Source of the DNA: Chrysomallon squamiferum
Lineage: Eukaryota; Animalia; Mollusca
Assembly (NCBI GenBank): GCA_012295275.1
Contig: CM022679.1
Location: 5,456,001 to 5,520,000 of the forward strand
DNA length: 64,000 bases
Reading direction: 5' to 3'
Made by a program: the position numbers and the translations under genes. Positions 39,978 through 54,034 of the stretch are shown in pieces. Under the pieces are notes generated by a model. That model searched no databases. It saw only the letters and a program-made list of their open reading frames with translations, and was not told where the DNA came from. Every line of letters starts with the position of its first letter. Position 1 is the stretch's first letter.

Positions 39978-42955
39978 ATGAAATGTATTAATATGTTTAT
40001 ATTTCTGCTTGTGATATTTATTTGCCTGGTAAGTACAATTTTATTATGTTCTTATTATTCTACTTTTTGGTTCCATCTATTATTATTATTATTATTATTA
40101 GCAATAGGTGCTGTAGTAGTGATAATGGTAGAAACAGTGATAGAAGTAGTAGTAGTAGTGGTCGTAGTAGCAGTAGTAAGAGTAGTAATAATAGTAGTAG
40201 TTGTACCATTATTATTATTACTATTATTGTTGTTGTTATTATTATTATTACTACTATTTTTTATTATTATTATTATTTTTATTATTATTATTACACAAAA
40301 ATCTGATTGAATCTATACTTATGCAGCCAGTTACATTTTAGTAATTAAATAACTTTATTCTACACACACATATATATATATATATACTTATTATTTTACT
40401 ATTTTATTAGTATTTATGTTTTATAGGATCGTACAGAATCGTTGAAAGGTAAGCTACATCTGTTCATGGAATCATGATAAAAATCTTTTTAAAAATGATA
40501 ATAATAAATAATGGTATCTGTTGATATTAATATATTGTTAGCAACTTAAAAATAAAATATTTTTTATGTTTAAACTTAGCCTCTGAAATGTCTCTAAACC
40601 ATATTTTATCAGGACGATATGTAAGCCTGTAAATATTATTTTATTTTATTTTATTTTATTTTATTTTATTTTATTTATTTTATTTTTTATATGATCTTGT
40701 TGTTATTGCTGTTATTGTTATTTATTTATTTCTTTACGAACAGCTACGACGACAACATTTTCAACGCTCGTTTTGACTCCAGATGTGGGTAAGTCTTTCT
40801 GTTTCTTGCTAGTTCATTTCACGTTCCACCTAGCATTCTAGTTAAAAAGAGTAGTAAAACTGATATCGGCGTATGGTTTTTTATTTTATAATGAATTGTT
40901 TATTATATATATATCAGGAAATTCGTAATTCCTGAAAATGTCTGAAAATATGTGTAATTATTGAACTTCTCCATCGATTACTGTCAGAAGATGATGTGCT
41001 TGCTGCTGTTGCACTCCAGTTTCCTGAGTGAATCAAATATTACACATATTTTCGGATATTTTCAGGAATGATAGGCTGATAATACATATTTCCTGTGACA
41101 TATAAACTGTTGACCCTCGATTTAACGGACACATAAGAGAGAAAAATACAAAAATCTGGGAAATCGCGAATGTGAACAGTGACACTGAAGTTTATTGAAA
41201 CTTTAAACTTCAGTACATATAATAGCTATATAATACAATGATATAATAATGTAAGAACAATATTAATAAAGACATAAAAGCAATGTAAATAATAATCGTA
41301 CAGTATATGAAAAGAAAAATGTAATGTAGAAAGATGTAGATTTGATTAGGTAAAGTTTCTTAGGTTAGGATAATTATGGGTGCAATTGTAAAATGTACTC
41401 ATACCTTGATAGAAAATGGGTTGAGAGAAGATTTCCGTTGTCGTATAGTAGGACTCAGAATAACCTAATAGTAAGGATTTAAATGGGACATGGGGATACT
41501 TTCAAATCTTGTGATTCTTCCAGATTTGAATCAGATTTACCTACTTTTTACTTATTTATTTATTTATTTATCACTTTTTTTAAACCTTAAAATATTTATA
41601 ATTTACATACGTATATTAGACTTTCTTCATCCTAGGGTTAATACAGTAAACGTAAAAATATTGTAGAGTTATTTATCTGTGAGGCTTTGGCTGAATCTGA
41701 AACGTAATAACATTTCTGCTGATTTTTCTTTAGTCGAGCGAGTTCCCTGTGAAGACACCTCACCAACCTGCAAGACTAACAAGAAATTCTGCAGAAAAGG
41801 TGAAGCTAGCTCAGACTGGATGAGAACGAACTGTCGCAAAACGTGTGGAACTTGCGGTACCCGTAAGTATCTGAAGTTGTTGATGACGATGACTATGACG
41901 ATCATGAGATAATGATGATGATTATGATGATAATGATCATATGAAATGTGATGATTACTAATGATGATAATGGTGTTAATGATAGTGATGATTAACCATT
42001 TCTTTGTTTCGCGCTATTTTATAATAAATAATAAATATATTTATAAATAAAAAATAATAACGAATAATAATAAATAAATAAAGTGATTTATATTTTGTTT
42101 TATTTATTAACCTGTAACTGATATTTTCACGTTGTCCATTTTTTTTTTTATTTTTTATTTTTTTTAAAATAATGACACAAAACGTCTATGCAAAATCGCT
42201 GGGTACCTTCCAGGCCTTTCCCTTTTCAATTATCCTCTATCTTTTGAATACATGAAATGAGATCTAAAAAATATATAAAATGTTTTTCTGAGATTTCTCG
42301 CAGCCATTATATTTCAAATTTTGTTTCAGACGTGAACAACCCGTTTCTTTATCATTTGAATAATTAAACAAAGAAACAAGCAAATAAAAAAGAAATAAAA
42401 TGTTTTTCTATGATTCATCGCACAAATTATATTTCATAGCTTTGTACTGAGAAATGAAATTGGGAAAACGAGTTTGTTGTTAATTTAGAAAAAAAAAAAA
42501 AAACCTTGCAAAATACATCTAAATTAATGGTGTCCTAGGTAGTGGAAAGGTGCAAAGTACTAATCCTCTGGAAAAGGTCGCACGAAAACGCCTGCATGTC
42601 GTCTGTTAATTTAATTTTTTAACCTGTCACTGAATTACAAATTTACTCATTTCAGCTTTTACTAATTGCGGAGGCGTCTACGAAGTTTCATCCGGAAATA
42701 TAACTTCACCTGGCTATCCCGCAAGATATCCTAACAACGCCATCTGTGAATGGACAATAAAGGGAAAGAACTCAGATATTTTAAACGTCAGTGTGCACGT
42801 TTTCGGTATTGAACCAATTTATGATGTGTTAACGGTGAGAAACCATTTAATTAATTGATTAAATTATCAAAATATCTTCTTCGTTTATTCCTTTGTGTTT
42901 TTCTTTCAAAATAGAGATTAATCCTTCGAAGAAAAACATTGTATATATGTATATT

Positions 42956-43026
<71 letters not shown>

Positions 43027-43493
43027 CAATTATTTTCCAATTTCCATTATCTTTAGTACTCCTTCATATGCTGATAGTAACTACATTCTGGGTCTCTTTT
43101 CTTTTCTTTTCTTTTTTTCTAGTTTTTAAATTATTTTTTTTAATATTTTATTTTTTATTATTATCTTTTTCTTAATTACTTTTTTTTCTGTACTTTTATT
43201 TTAGATAAGTTAAATGTTAAATAGACCATAAATAACTCACCTATTTTTTCAAAGATCCTGTTTTCATTTTCAGATTAACGAAAAACATTTTCCATCAGGT
43301 GTTTACGAGACAGTGGGCAGGAAATTCAAGATTCGATTCAAATCAGACAGTGATATAAGATATGGAGGATTCTTCGTAGACTGGACAGGTGCGTCTGACA
43401 AATTCACACATACACACACACACGCACGCACACATAAATATATTTTTTTCTATGTAGCATTTATATGTATACACATATACATAGATATACATA

Positions 43494-43525
<32 letters not shown>

Positions 43526-44324
43526 CTGTGTATAACATTTTTTTAATTCTTAAGTAATTATGAACTGAAATTAAATAATATTTATTCTTCAAATTACTGT
43601 TTCACAGTGTTTTGCAGTGTATATTAAATAAAATTACAGTTACAGTCATAAAAAAACCATAGTAATGTATTAAATCATTCGTTTTTATATTGTAATTTAC
43701 CATCAGTGCTTTAAAATATTTATATTTACAAATTGTTAGTATCTCATTTACTAAAGCTCCAAACAGTTTCTGGTTGTTCATTCATTTGTTGGTTGTTGGG
43801 GTTTTGTTGGGGTTTTGGGGTTATTTAGTTATTTATCTATTTATTTATTTTTGTTTTATTGCTTGTTTATGTACCTATTTGTTTGTTTATTTATTTACTT
43901 ACTTATTTAAATTTAGCTCTGAGTGAATCACAGAAACGCACCGGTAAGTAGAAATAATGTTCATAAAACTCGACTAAAAATAATAATAATAGTAATAGTA
44001 GTAGTAGTTGTTGTTGTTCTTGTTGTAGTAGTGGCATTGTAGTAGTAGTAGTAGGAGTAGTAGTAGTAGTAGTAGTAGTAGTCGTAGTAGTAGTAGTAGT
44101 AGTAGTAATTAATAATAATAGTAATAATAACAATAACGATGACGACAGATTTATGATTATTATTTTTATTTTCATTGTTATTGTTATTGTTATTGTTGAT
44201 GCTAAGACCATTAAAAACAATACGTACATACATTTACTTATTTATTTATTATTTTTGTATTTTTGAGGCATTTGTTTTGTTATTATTATTATTTTTTTAA
44301 TTAATTAATTCTTCTCTTTTTTTG

Positions 44325-44362
<38 letters not shown>

Positions 44363-46743
44363 TTATTTATATATATATTATTATTATTATTTTTTTTTTT
44401 TTTTTAGATATAAAAGAAAGTATCAAGGTTTCCTGTTATCAGGGGAATTTTAGCGTCAACGTAGACCTAATGAAATTCCAACTTTACTTTCCAAATCTTC
44501 AACCTGATATGATGTCCTTGGCCAGTCCAAGCTGCAGAGCTTTCGTTGAGGGACCCAAGCTCCGTTTTCTGTCCAGACTCGACGACTGCGGAATGACCAG
44601 AGAGGTAGATGCAGCGTGTTGATGGTGTTGATAATCGTACGGACGTTGATGAAAGTATTTTTCACGATGATGATGTTTAATGATGATGATGATGACGACG
44701 ACGATCTGTTGGCGATAGTATTGGTTTGAGATGATGATGATAATGTATTGACAATTACGATAGTAAATAATGACGAGGATTGTAGAACAGGCATGGGTAA
44801 CCTTTCTCGAGAAGCGGGCCGCATGAAAACATGGCTTGTCATCAGTCAGGTCTCGCAACTTGTAAATGTTATTTTCCTCATGAAATTAGGCATGTCATTC
44901 AGAAAGCCCCTCGGACCCCAGTTTGCCCATGACTGCTATAGCGTGTTGACAATGTAGTAGTTTGTTAATGATGAATTTGAATTTTGTCAATGGTAACGAT
45001 AGTTATCGTGTTGGTGGTGAAGATATTGATGAAGGTCTGTCGTTATGGTCGATAGTAATGATTAATGTTTCAATGTTAATGTTAATGGTGTTGTTTATCA
45101 TGATGATGATGATCTCGTATGTTGACGATGATATTAACGATGTTCATGATGGTGAGAAAAACGATGTCGTTGTTGATAACACTGATAACAGTTTTATTTT
45201 TTATTCATCATTGTTTTTAAACGGATTTTTTCCAAATATGTGCAAACATAATTTATTGTATATGCAGTGAACAGATATTTGCATTTAAGATAAATTTCAG
45301 TTTAGATACATATAATAGCAACCTTTACAATTTTTTTTTTTTTTAATTATATTTTTTTAATAGGAAAATCAAGACTATATAATATACCACAACAAACTTC
45401 TGGCAAGCGACGTTTCCGGACGTAGTGTTCTGGGTTCATTCGACGTGGAATGCCGGGTAAAACGTTCAGCTTCTGTCGTCGCTAATTTCTGGACATCTTC
45501 GCAAGCATCCGTGACTGGTTATGGAAATTTTCGTTGAGATTTGCTTTCTACAAGGATTCTCAGTATAAACGTTTGTTTACCGTTTACCCAGTCTGGGTGG
45601 AGCTTCAGAGGATTCTGTTTGCTGAAATAACGCTATTACCATTTGCCGGCAACCTTTCACTTGCCTTAGAATACTGTATGGGCGTATCACATTTGAATGA
45701 CAGTCCAGGCGATGACGTAAATTTGCGTTATCTGATTAGAAACAAGTGAGATATTGTTCGCATATTGTCATTTGTTAACTTCTTCTTATTATTATTATTA
45801 TTTTATTTTAATTTTTTTTTGCATTTATTTAATACCTTATTTGTTTGCTTAATTATTTATTTACTTATTTTATTATCATCATCATCATTTAATATTTTAT
45901 TTAAGTATATATTTTACTTTTATATTTGTTTTGTTTGTCATTAAGTTGTTTTCTGTTGTTGTTGTTGTTGTTGTTGTTGTTTTCTGTTGCTTTTGTTTGT
46001 TTTCTAAATTTATTCTATTTTTCACAGAAAAATAAATGTATCTGTAGTGCAACCCATTGAAATCAGTTATTACAACTAATGCATCAAAGCTATATCTAAA
46101 CACCTTTAACAAATCCAAAAATATGTTTCGTTCATCTATTCACTGCTTAGGTGCCCTGTAGAAAATGGCGTAAAGTACAGCTCATCCAGAGAAAACCAGA
46201 TCCGGTTTCAGTTTCCCGCGTTTAATTTCGTCAGCAGTAATCAGCTGTACGTCATCTGTCAAGTCTACGTGTGCGGCTACAACACCACCTCTTCACGTTG
46301 TGTCCGAGGTTGTCACACAAACCGAAACAGGACACGCAAGTCAGTGGACGACGGCACGGCGTTTGTACGGCTGTCCCAGGGCCCAATTTTACTTCTGGAC
46401 AATGCAAACCAAGGTAGATATGGATGGATGGACGGGATTATTTATGAATGGATGTAGGGATTCAGAGAAACACACATACACGCACACACACATACATACA
46501 CACACACATGCGTTTACAACCATACGCTGTGGACATACAAACAAATTATCATTGTTGTTGTTGTCGTTGTTATTATAGCTACAGCATAATTTTACAGATG
46601 CTGAAATCAATCAGGAGGTATATCTGATATCAGGAACTGTCACTGGAATCGTTTTCTTGGTCATCATCGTCGCCATGGTGTTGGCATTGCTAAAGATGAA
46701 ATTCGGACTTTGTGGCCGACGTCGTCAATCAGAAAATCATTAA
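39978..46743 (+). CDS. Gene A: ShKT-CUB-ZP transmembrane protein (CUZD1/DMBT1-related), ~518 aa after correcting a 1-bp frameshift
   Basis: Phase-consistent GT-AG exons: 39978-40028 (SP MKCINMFIFLLVIFICL), 40427-40448, 40744-40788 (Thr-rich), 41734-41862 (ShKT CEDTSPTC..FC..WMRTNCRKTCGTC), 42656-42834 and 43274-43388 (CUB CGG..GNITSPGYP..YPNN..CEW..FKSD....GGF), 43917-43943, 44408-44604 (ZP-N), 45364-45745 (ZP; 1 nt missing at 45528-45531), 46151-46413 (ZP-C, basic RNRTRK site, EHP LSQGPILL), 46598-46743 (TM, short tail, TAA). The small 5' exons are less certain than the domain exons. Confidence 0.88.
40928..41069. repeat. 31-bp inverted repeat with an 80-nt spacer in a gene A intron (MITE-like)
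   Basis: attcctgaaaatgtctgaaaatatgtgtaat (40928-40958) pairs with attacacatattttcggatattttcaggaat (41039-41069), with two G-U mismatches on the sense strand. Confidence 0.85.
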
Positions 46744-47289
46744 TTAACTTCAGTCTAATGTCACGCACACTTTGATATGTGTTTCCGTTTAATACTGTAT
46801 TTTAATTATTATTCTTAATGCATCTTATATATTTATTTCTTTGTTTGTTCTTTTTTCTAAATTTTCAACAAAACGTTTTGCATATTTATTCACAATAATA
46901 ATATTGACAACTAAAATACTACACATCTGTTTTTCTTGTTTGTAAAACATCGGTAATGACAATTCTTTAAGGAACCAAGCACGATACTCAACGTGTAGGG
47001 GTTTTAACTAATACGGTGGCAGAAAAAACAAGATTTTTGCCAGATATTTTGCATACTGGTTGGGGATACAAATGAAAATAGGTATTATATTCTTATGGAC
47101 CTCTGCATGCTACTGACACATACATACGTATATACATACATATAAATACAGGAATGTATACCGAGAGATAATGATGTTTATCACGGTGCAGCTACAAATG
47201 TTTAGACACCTAGATCTGTTGTTTCCTTGAAATATCCAAAACGCAGTCTCATATAATCTGTACAAAAATATTCACCACAACTGAATGAA

Positions 47290-47359
<70 letters not shown>

Positions 47360-47450
47360 TTTTGAAATTCATATGCTACGCACTTATAAATTTAATTAAT
47401 AGTGACCAAATATATGTACAGTTTGGTAGCAGACTTCACTGTCGAAGACA

Positions 47451-47759
47451 TCAATCTAAAGCAAGCATCGCCACAGTTTCGTATTTAGTTTCGTATTCGC
47501 TGAAAGGTGGAGAAAATTTTCCTGTTCGTTTCCTGGATCTCATCACAATGACTGTAATAATGATCATCGTTATAACAATGGCGGGAACAGCAACGGCAAG
47601 GATGGGTAGCAAAGGGAATTTCAGTTTCTGAGTAGTGGCTGTGAATGAAAAAGAAATATATATTTTATTACCAAATTAGCGAACTAAAATAAATATTTCG
47701 ATAAAATAACATTTTTTTCTTTTTTGTTATAGTATTTCATTTTAGTGTTCTCTTTTATT

Positions 47760-47803
<44 letters not shown>

Positions 47804-47846
47804 TATTCGTTATTAACAAAATTACTATTATACCTGTTGTTCTGTC

Positions 47847-47914
<68 letters not shown>

Positions 47915-49855
47915 TAAATTGAAAGTAATGTTATTTACTGATGCAGAAAACAACATGTTACATCTATCAGTTGGTTAGTTTATTTAAATAATACAATTTA
48001 AATTATGTTTTATCTTTAATAACTCAGAGACAAAAGAGAGGAAATAATCATAAGAAAGACAATAAAATAATACAAGATAAGGAGACAAAAATAAATAAAT
48101 AAATGACAATAATAATAATAGCAACAGCAACAGTAGCAGCAACAACAATAATAATGTTAAGGAGAAGAAGAAAGAAAGAAAAAAAGAATTAACTCTTATT
48201 TTTACCTTGATAAACCAGTGGACCTTGAAGAACTTGTATGTCGCTTTGTGATTGGTGTATACTTCTGACCTGACGACGCATGTCCCTACAATCATTTGTA
48301 CATGTCGCTGATTGGTCAGTTTCGTTGCACACGAAGGAGGTTACAGATAATATACACCTCGTTTTGCTGTCTGATGTACTCAAAGGTCTTGAACAGAAAT
48401 CTGAATTTGTTGTTGCTGTCTGTTTCTTTAAACGTTGTCGTCGGATCTTCAGGACATCTGTAAGAACGATAACTCTTACTATTTCCTTTCAGTTAAATAT
48501 CGAGAATTTGTACTGGTCAGTAATAATTAATATCGGAAGTAACAACAGAGTGCATGTATGTATGTATGCATGTATGTATGTATCAAAAAAAGAAGAGTAT
48601 ATTTTCGGATCTCGGCTAATGCTTTGTTTAGTTTCACTCACCTATTTCTAATCAGATAATAATCCGTGCTGTTCTGGGTTGGATCGGTCGTGGACGTAGC
48701 CCAGCAGTTCTGCATGACTAGTTTCAAATCGTTCATATTTGTCTCCAGGACAATCTCCACCCCTAACTTCTGACCCAGCTGAACATAGGCGGGGTAATCG
48801 TATATCATCTTCACAAATGCTGGGTCTTTGTAGAACTCCATTGTGGCACTGAAGTTACCGTAGCCCTTTATTGCTTCACCTTGCACAATGGTTTTGAATG
48901 ACTTCAGTCTGTTCTCAAGGATCACCGTCTTTGATAGAGAGCATTCCAAAGGTATGGCTAAAGTCTGGCCGACGCGGAACGTTCCAACTTCGTTGATGCT
49001 TGTGTTAGGGTGAGAGACTATTTTGTTATGATAAATCATAGAGTCGTCCGTCTCCTTGAAAGAAAGTGTCAGATTGATACAGTTATTCCTTTGTTGTTAT
49101 TTTTTCTTACAGTAATATGCTAATTGTTTGTTTGTTTGTTTGTTCGTTGTTTATTTACTTATTTATTTATTTGTTTATCTATTTTCAATTTAATTTTTTA
49201 GTTACTTTCTTGATTATTTATTTATTCATTCATTCATTCATAAAAATTCAGTTGTATTTAATTAAGAAGTTCAATGAAGGATACGTATTCGGTTACTCAA
49301 ACGTAAGTTGTAATTAATGTAGTGTCCCACTACTCTGTTAGGACATATGTTTTTCAACAAAAGAATTTGGTATTCGGTAACTTTCACTAGCAGAGATACA
49401 TAATCATGCAGTAAGTTCTACTAAGTGTATGTATAGATTTGATTTCTTACTTTCATTTTAGTTGTTCGTATCATGTCTTTCTTACTTTTATATTGTAAAG
49501 CACGCATCAGTAGATTTGTATGGAAGGGGTAGTATACAAATGCGGTATAATAATAATATTAATGATAATATTTAGCTACTTACTGTAGTGATCATGCCGC
49601 AGTCTGTGATGTCATACTGAAAGACTAGATAACTTCCGTTGCCTTGTGGAGTTCCACGACAATTTTCCGAGGCGAGACTGAGGAACTGGTTGTCCTCAAC
49701 AAGGAAAGGAAACAACGAGTTGAGAATTAACATGTCAGCCGTCACTGTGAGTTTCATAGGACCACAGTCAATAGTAATAGCATTCATAGATGAATCTGAG
49801 TTAGAGACAGAACATGAAAAATAAATAAATTACGGCTGTATTTATGTATTGTAAG

Positions 49856-49889
<34 letters not shown>

Positions 49890-51186
49890 TGTATGTATGT
49901 ATGTATTATGTATGTGTGTGTATATTTTCTTATGTACGTATGTACTTATGTTCATGTGTGTATATCTGTATGAAATTAAATGTAATATTACTTACCTACA
50001 GTGAAGTTATCTAAAATAGTTGGTGAGGCAATGCCATAATCCATAACGTTCTCTGAAAACAAAAACAAAAACAACAAGTTACAAATGAGAATCTACATAT
50101 ACATGCCAATGAGGAGAGAAGGGACAGACACAAAGAAAGATAGGACTAATTATGAAACGTTGGGTAACCTTATAATAATCGTATGACCAATATATATATA
50201 TATATATATATTATTTATAGTTCCAGATCCGCAGTGATACACCTCAAAGTACTGGTAATGTTAAACATACTTGCACAAATAACTCCCGCATCTTCATTGT
50301 GGTGACAGTTGTGTATGTTGTATCCAGCGTGTTCGCAGTCCAGAAAGTTCGTTTCGTTACCCAGGCAGCTGACGTCATCCAACAAAATCTGACCTTGTCC
50401 ATACCCAAAGTGACCAGAGGTTACTGCTACAGCATTTCTGCCGCTGAAACGTATATAACATAGCAGTCTTATATACTCACAGTAACTTGAATGAAATGAT
50501 ACATACCAATATACTCACCTACCTATATTCACACACACACACACACAAGCACACACACATACGCATAAGACAGACAGATAGACATACATGTACATACATA
50601 TAGCAGTACGTTCGTACATACATACAGACACATACACATGTCGTTTTTCTTTTCTTTTCACGCCAATAATGTAATTATGCTGCATAATTTACTAACTTTT
50701 TATTATTATTATTCTGTCCTAATTATGAAAATATATTCTAGTGATAGCAAATTACAGGTGAGATACATTTTATTTCTTGCAGAACGACAGTTTCCATTCA
50801 CATGGGGTTTGTATATTAGAACGGCTTAGTTACAGAAATCTAGTTACAGTTATCGCTTACTGCCATCTAGAAAATTCAGTAAACATTGTTCTGACACTGT
50901 GATACATCGTCAGATTCTAACAAAATTTGTATCCATTATATTCTATGTGCAATTACAAAGGAAACATTTTGGCTAGTCACTAAAATAGAAAAATTAGGGA
51001 TTTTATTTTTATCACAGACCTTCTACCAGCACCAAACTCAATTCAGATCTTTATTGAACTTTACATTCATCAGTAGACACACATAAATCTAAAGGGAGTG
51101 ATGTATTTGCAGTTGATAGTGATTTGACCACGTCTTTAACCATTTTTACAATGTATCCCATACATTTAATTTAAACAATGTGACAC

Positions 51187-51241
<55 letters not shown>

Positions 51242-51269
51242 CAACAACAACAACAAACAAAAAAAATAA

Positions 51270-51315
<46 letters not shown>

Positions 51316-51798
51316 TCAATAAAAATAATAACAAACGAACAACAAAGTTACGGTAAATATTCATAAAGACACTTAACTTTTTGTGACCAGTATAGTGCAA
51401 AACGTAGTTCTGGCGTAACACATTTACCTGTAACCAAGCATGGCGCATATAACCACCGCCTCTTTGTTATCCCACAAATCATCACAAGCGGTGCCCCACG
51501 TGTTCAAATTAAATATCTCAACTCTGCCTTCGCCGAACCACGTGCCATTGCGCAGTCTGATACCTGCATTCACACCTTCAATTATAAATGAAACCTGTTA
51601 AACAGTACCTGCGGACAGAAATGACATATACTGATATATATTCAAGCAGTTAAAGCATAAATTCTACGTTTGTTTTCGAATTCCATTTTATTTATATATA
51701 TATAATGAAGCTATTATCTTTAATATTAATAAAATATGTCAACAATCTAATACCTCGTACTAAATCTATTTCGTTTCGTTTCATATAGACTACACACA

Positions 51799-51847
<49 letters not shown>

Positions 51848-52495
51848 TATATTAGTTGTGAGGGATTATTTTTTAACCCAACAATATATACCAAAGCCGT
51901 TATTAAGGAAATAACCTAGTAAATTTTGGAATGAGAAATGGCCAATAACTGAACTAAGAAGGATCGATCCTGCAAACCGCCATATTTCTACTGAGACATA
52001 ATTAGTTCTTTAAGCGCTGAAAGATATAGGAAGACTATACGCAATGACACAATGAAAACGTTGCTAAAGTGAACATACCAAACCACTCTGCCTGAAATCC
52101 GGTTCCAGCCCTAGAGTCGTCTGAAGTGAACCAAAGCCAGAAACGTTTAGCGAAAAACACGGGTGGAAGACGATTGCCCGTGAACCGACCCAGCAGCGGA
52201 CCTTTAGGCCCGTCTTCTCGTATCTAGACAAACAAGCAGTAAATGAATCATGCTTTCAGTCAGGGTGCTCTGAGTAACATTTTTAGAATCAATGATATGT
52301 TACAGATTCCGAAAATTACCAAAATGACACAAAATGAAGTTGAGACTCTTTAAAGTCTAGACGCATCAATGAAAGTTGATATATTTAACTTGGATGCATG
52401 TTTATACTACTACTATTACTACTGCTAATACTATTACTACTACCACTGATGTTACTACGACTACTACTACTACTGCTACTACTATTAATATCATT

Positions 52496-52558
<63 letters not shown>

Positions 52559-52683
52559 TCCTTGCACTTTTCTACATAAAAAACAACCCCCACCCCGACT
52601 CCCCCCCAAAAAAAAAAAAAAACCTATAAATATATGCAAGTATATTTTTTTGATGTTTATATAATTTTTATATGATTCATTTT

Positions 52684-52717
<34 letters not shown>

Positions 52718-53355
52718 GTAGCTTTTTTTTCCTTTCGTCATTTTTTTTCATATTTAAAAAAAAAAAAAAAAAAACAACTTAAAAACCTTAACTGAAATTA
52801 TTATTATACCTCCAGAAAATCAGTTCCATTTTCCAAGTCAAATGAATGGAATTCCAGTCGCATTATCTTGCTGCTAGACTCTGGGGTGATATGATACTCG
52901 CACTGGGCAAAGTTCGGATACAGAGGGAAATGAGGCGACATCAGTTGACCACTGGCGTTGTAATAGTGACCACCACATCCTTGACACATACAAAGTAATG
53001 ATACATTGTTTCTGATAAACATACAAGTTTGGTTAATGGATAACGACGAATAAAATATATTTATACACTGCAATAATGCTACTGATTGCAGTATGATGAA
53101 GACGATGATGATTATGATTCAGAAAGTAAAATAAAATAAAATAAAATAAAATTTAAAAATGAATGGCATGCCTTAAAAAAGAAAGGAGGTTTAGGCTATT
53201 TTGCCAGCACCACTTAAAACCTATAAAAGATGGAAATATAAATATTTAGAATAATTAGATTTTTACTAATTATGCAAATTATTTTTACCTTTGGGAAAAC
53301 TGCGGTGCTTCGCTTGATATCTGCTGGCCAGTTCATATGAAACTGAAAGAAAAGA

Positions 53356-53432
<77 letters not shown>

Positions 53433-53984
53433 GTAGTAGTAGTAGTAGTAGTAATTATTGTTGTTGTTGTTGTTGATCAAGTAGCAGCAGTAGTAGTAAT
53501 TCTAATAATAGTAGAAGTTAGCAATTTTATTAGTAATTATGGTGTTAACACTACTTGTATTAGTTGCAATAGTAGAAGTGGTAGAGTAACAGTAGTAGTC
53601 GTAGTCGTAGTAGAAGTTCTAGCTGTAGTAGTGTAGTAAATTATTACCTGGACATCTTACTCCAGCGTCTTCTCCGTGGTTACAGTTATGTTCTCCCCAG
53701 TCCGTGGACACAGGACACGTGTACAAAGAAGACTCGTTGCCTCGACAACCCATATTATCCAGCCATATCTTTCCATGTCCTTTGCCGTGGGTGGCCAATC
53801 CAAAAGGCGTGGCAGATGTTTCCCTATTTCATAAAAATAGAATCTATTTTTAGTAATATCATGAGCGTATTTTAGTAATAAGGTCAGTATTATTGAAAAC
53901 AAGTTTTTCTTTAAGCTGAAATAGGCGTAAGTTTTAGTATTCAAATTTCACTATAGTGAACTAAATTATTATAACTATTATCGT

Positions 53985-54034
<50 letters not shown>

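Noticed and set aside
40580-40620. Candidate extra micro-exon in gene A (ttag|cctctgaaatg...cgatat|gtaagc)
   Set aside because: 41 nt would break the frame between two phase-1 junctions. It is only viable if another indel error exists.
41105-41180. ctgttgaccctcgatttaacgg, resembling a pogo/Tigger TIR
   Set aside because: No partner TIR or transposase remnant was found, so it is too short to call.
44456-44957. ORFs at 44456-44957
   Set aside because: They are antisense to the ZP-N exon plus intronic (GAT)n-rich sequence.
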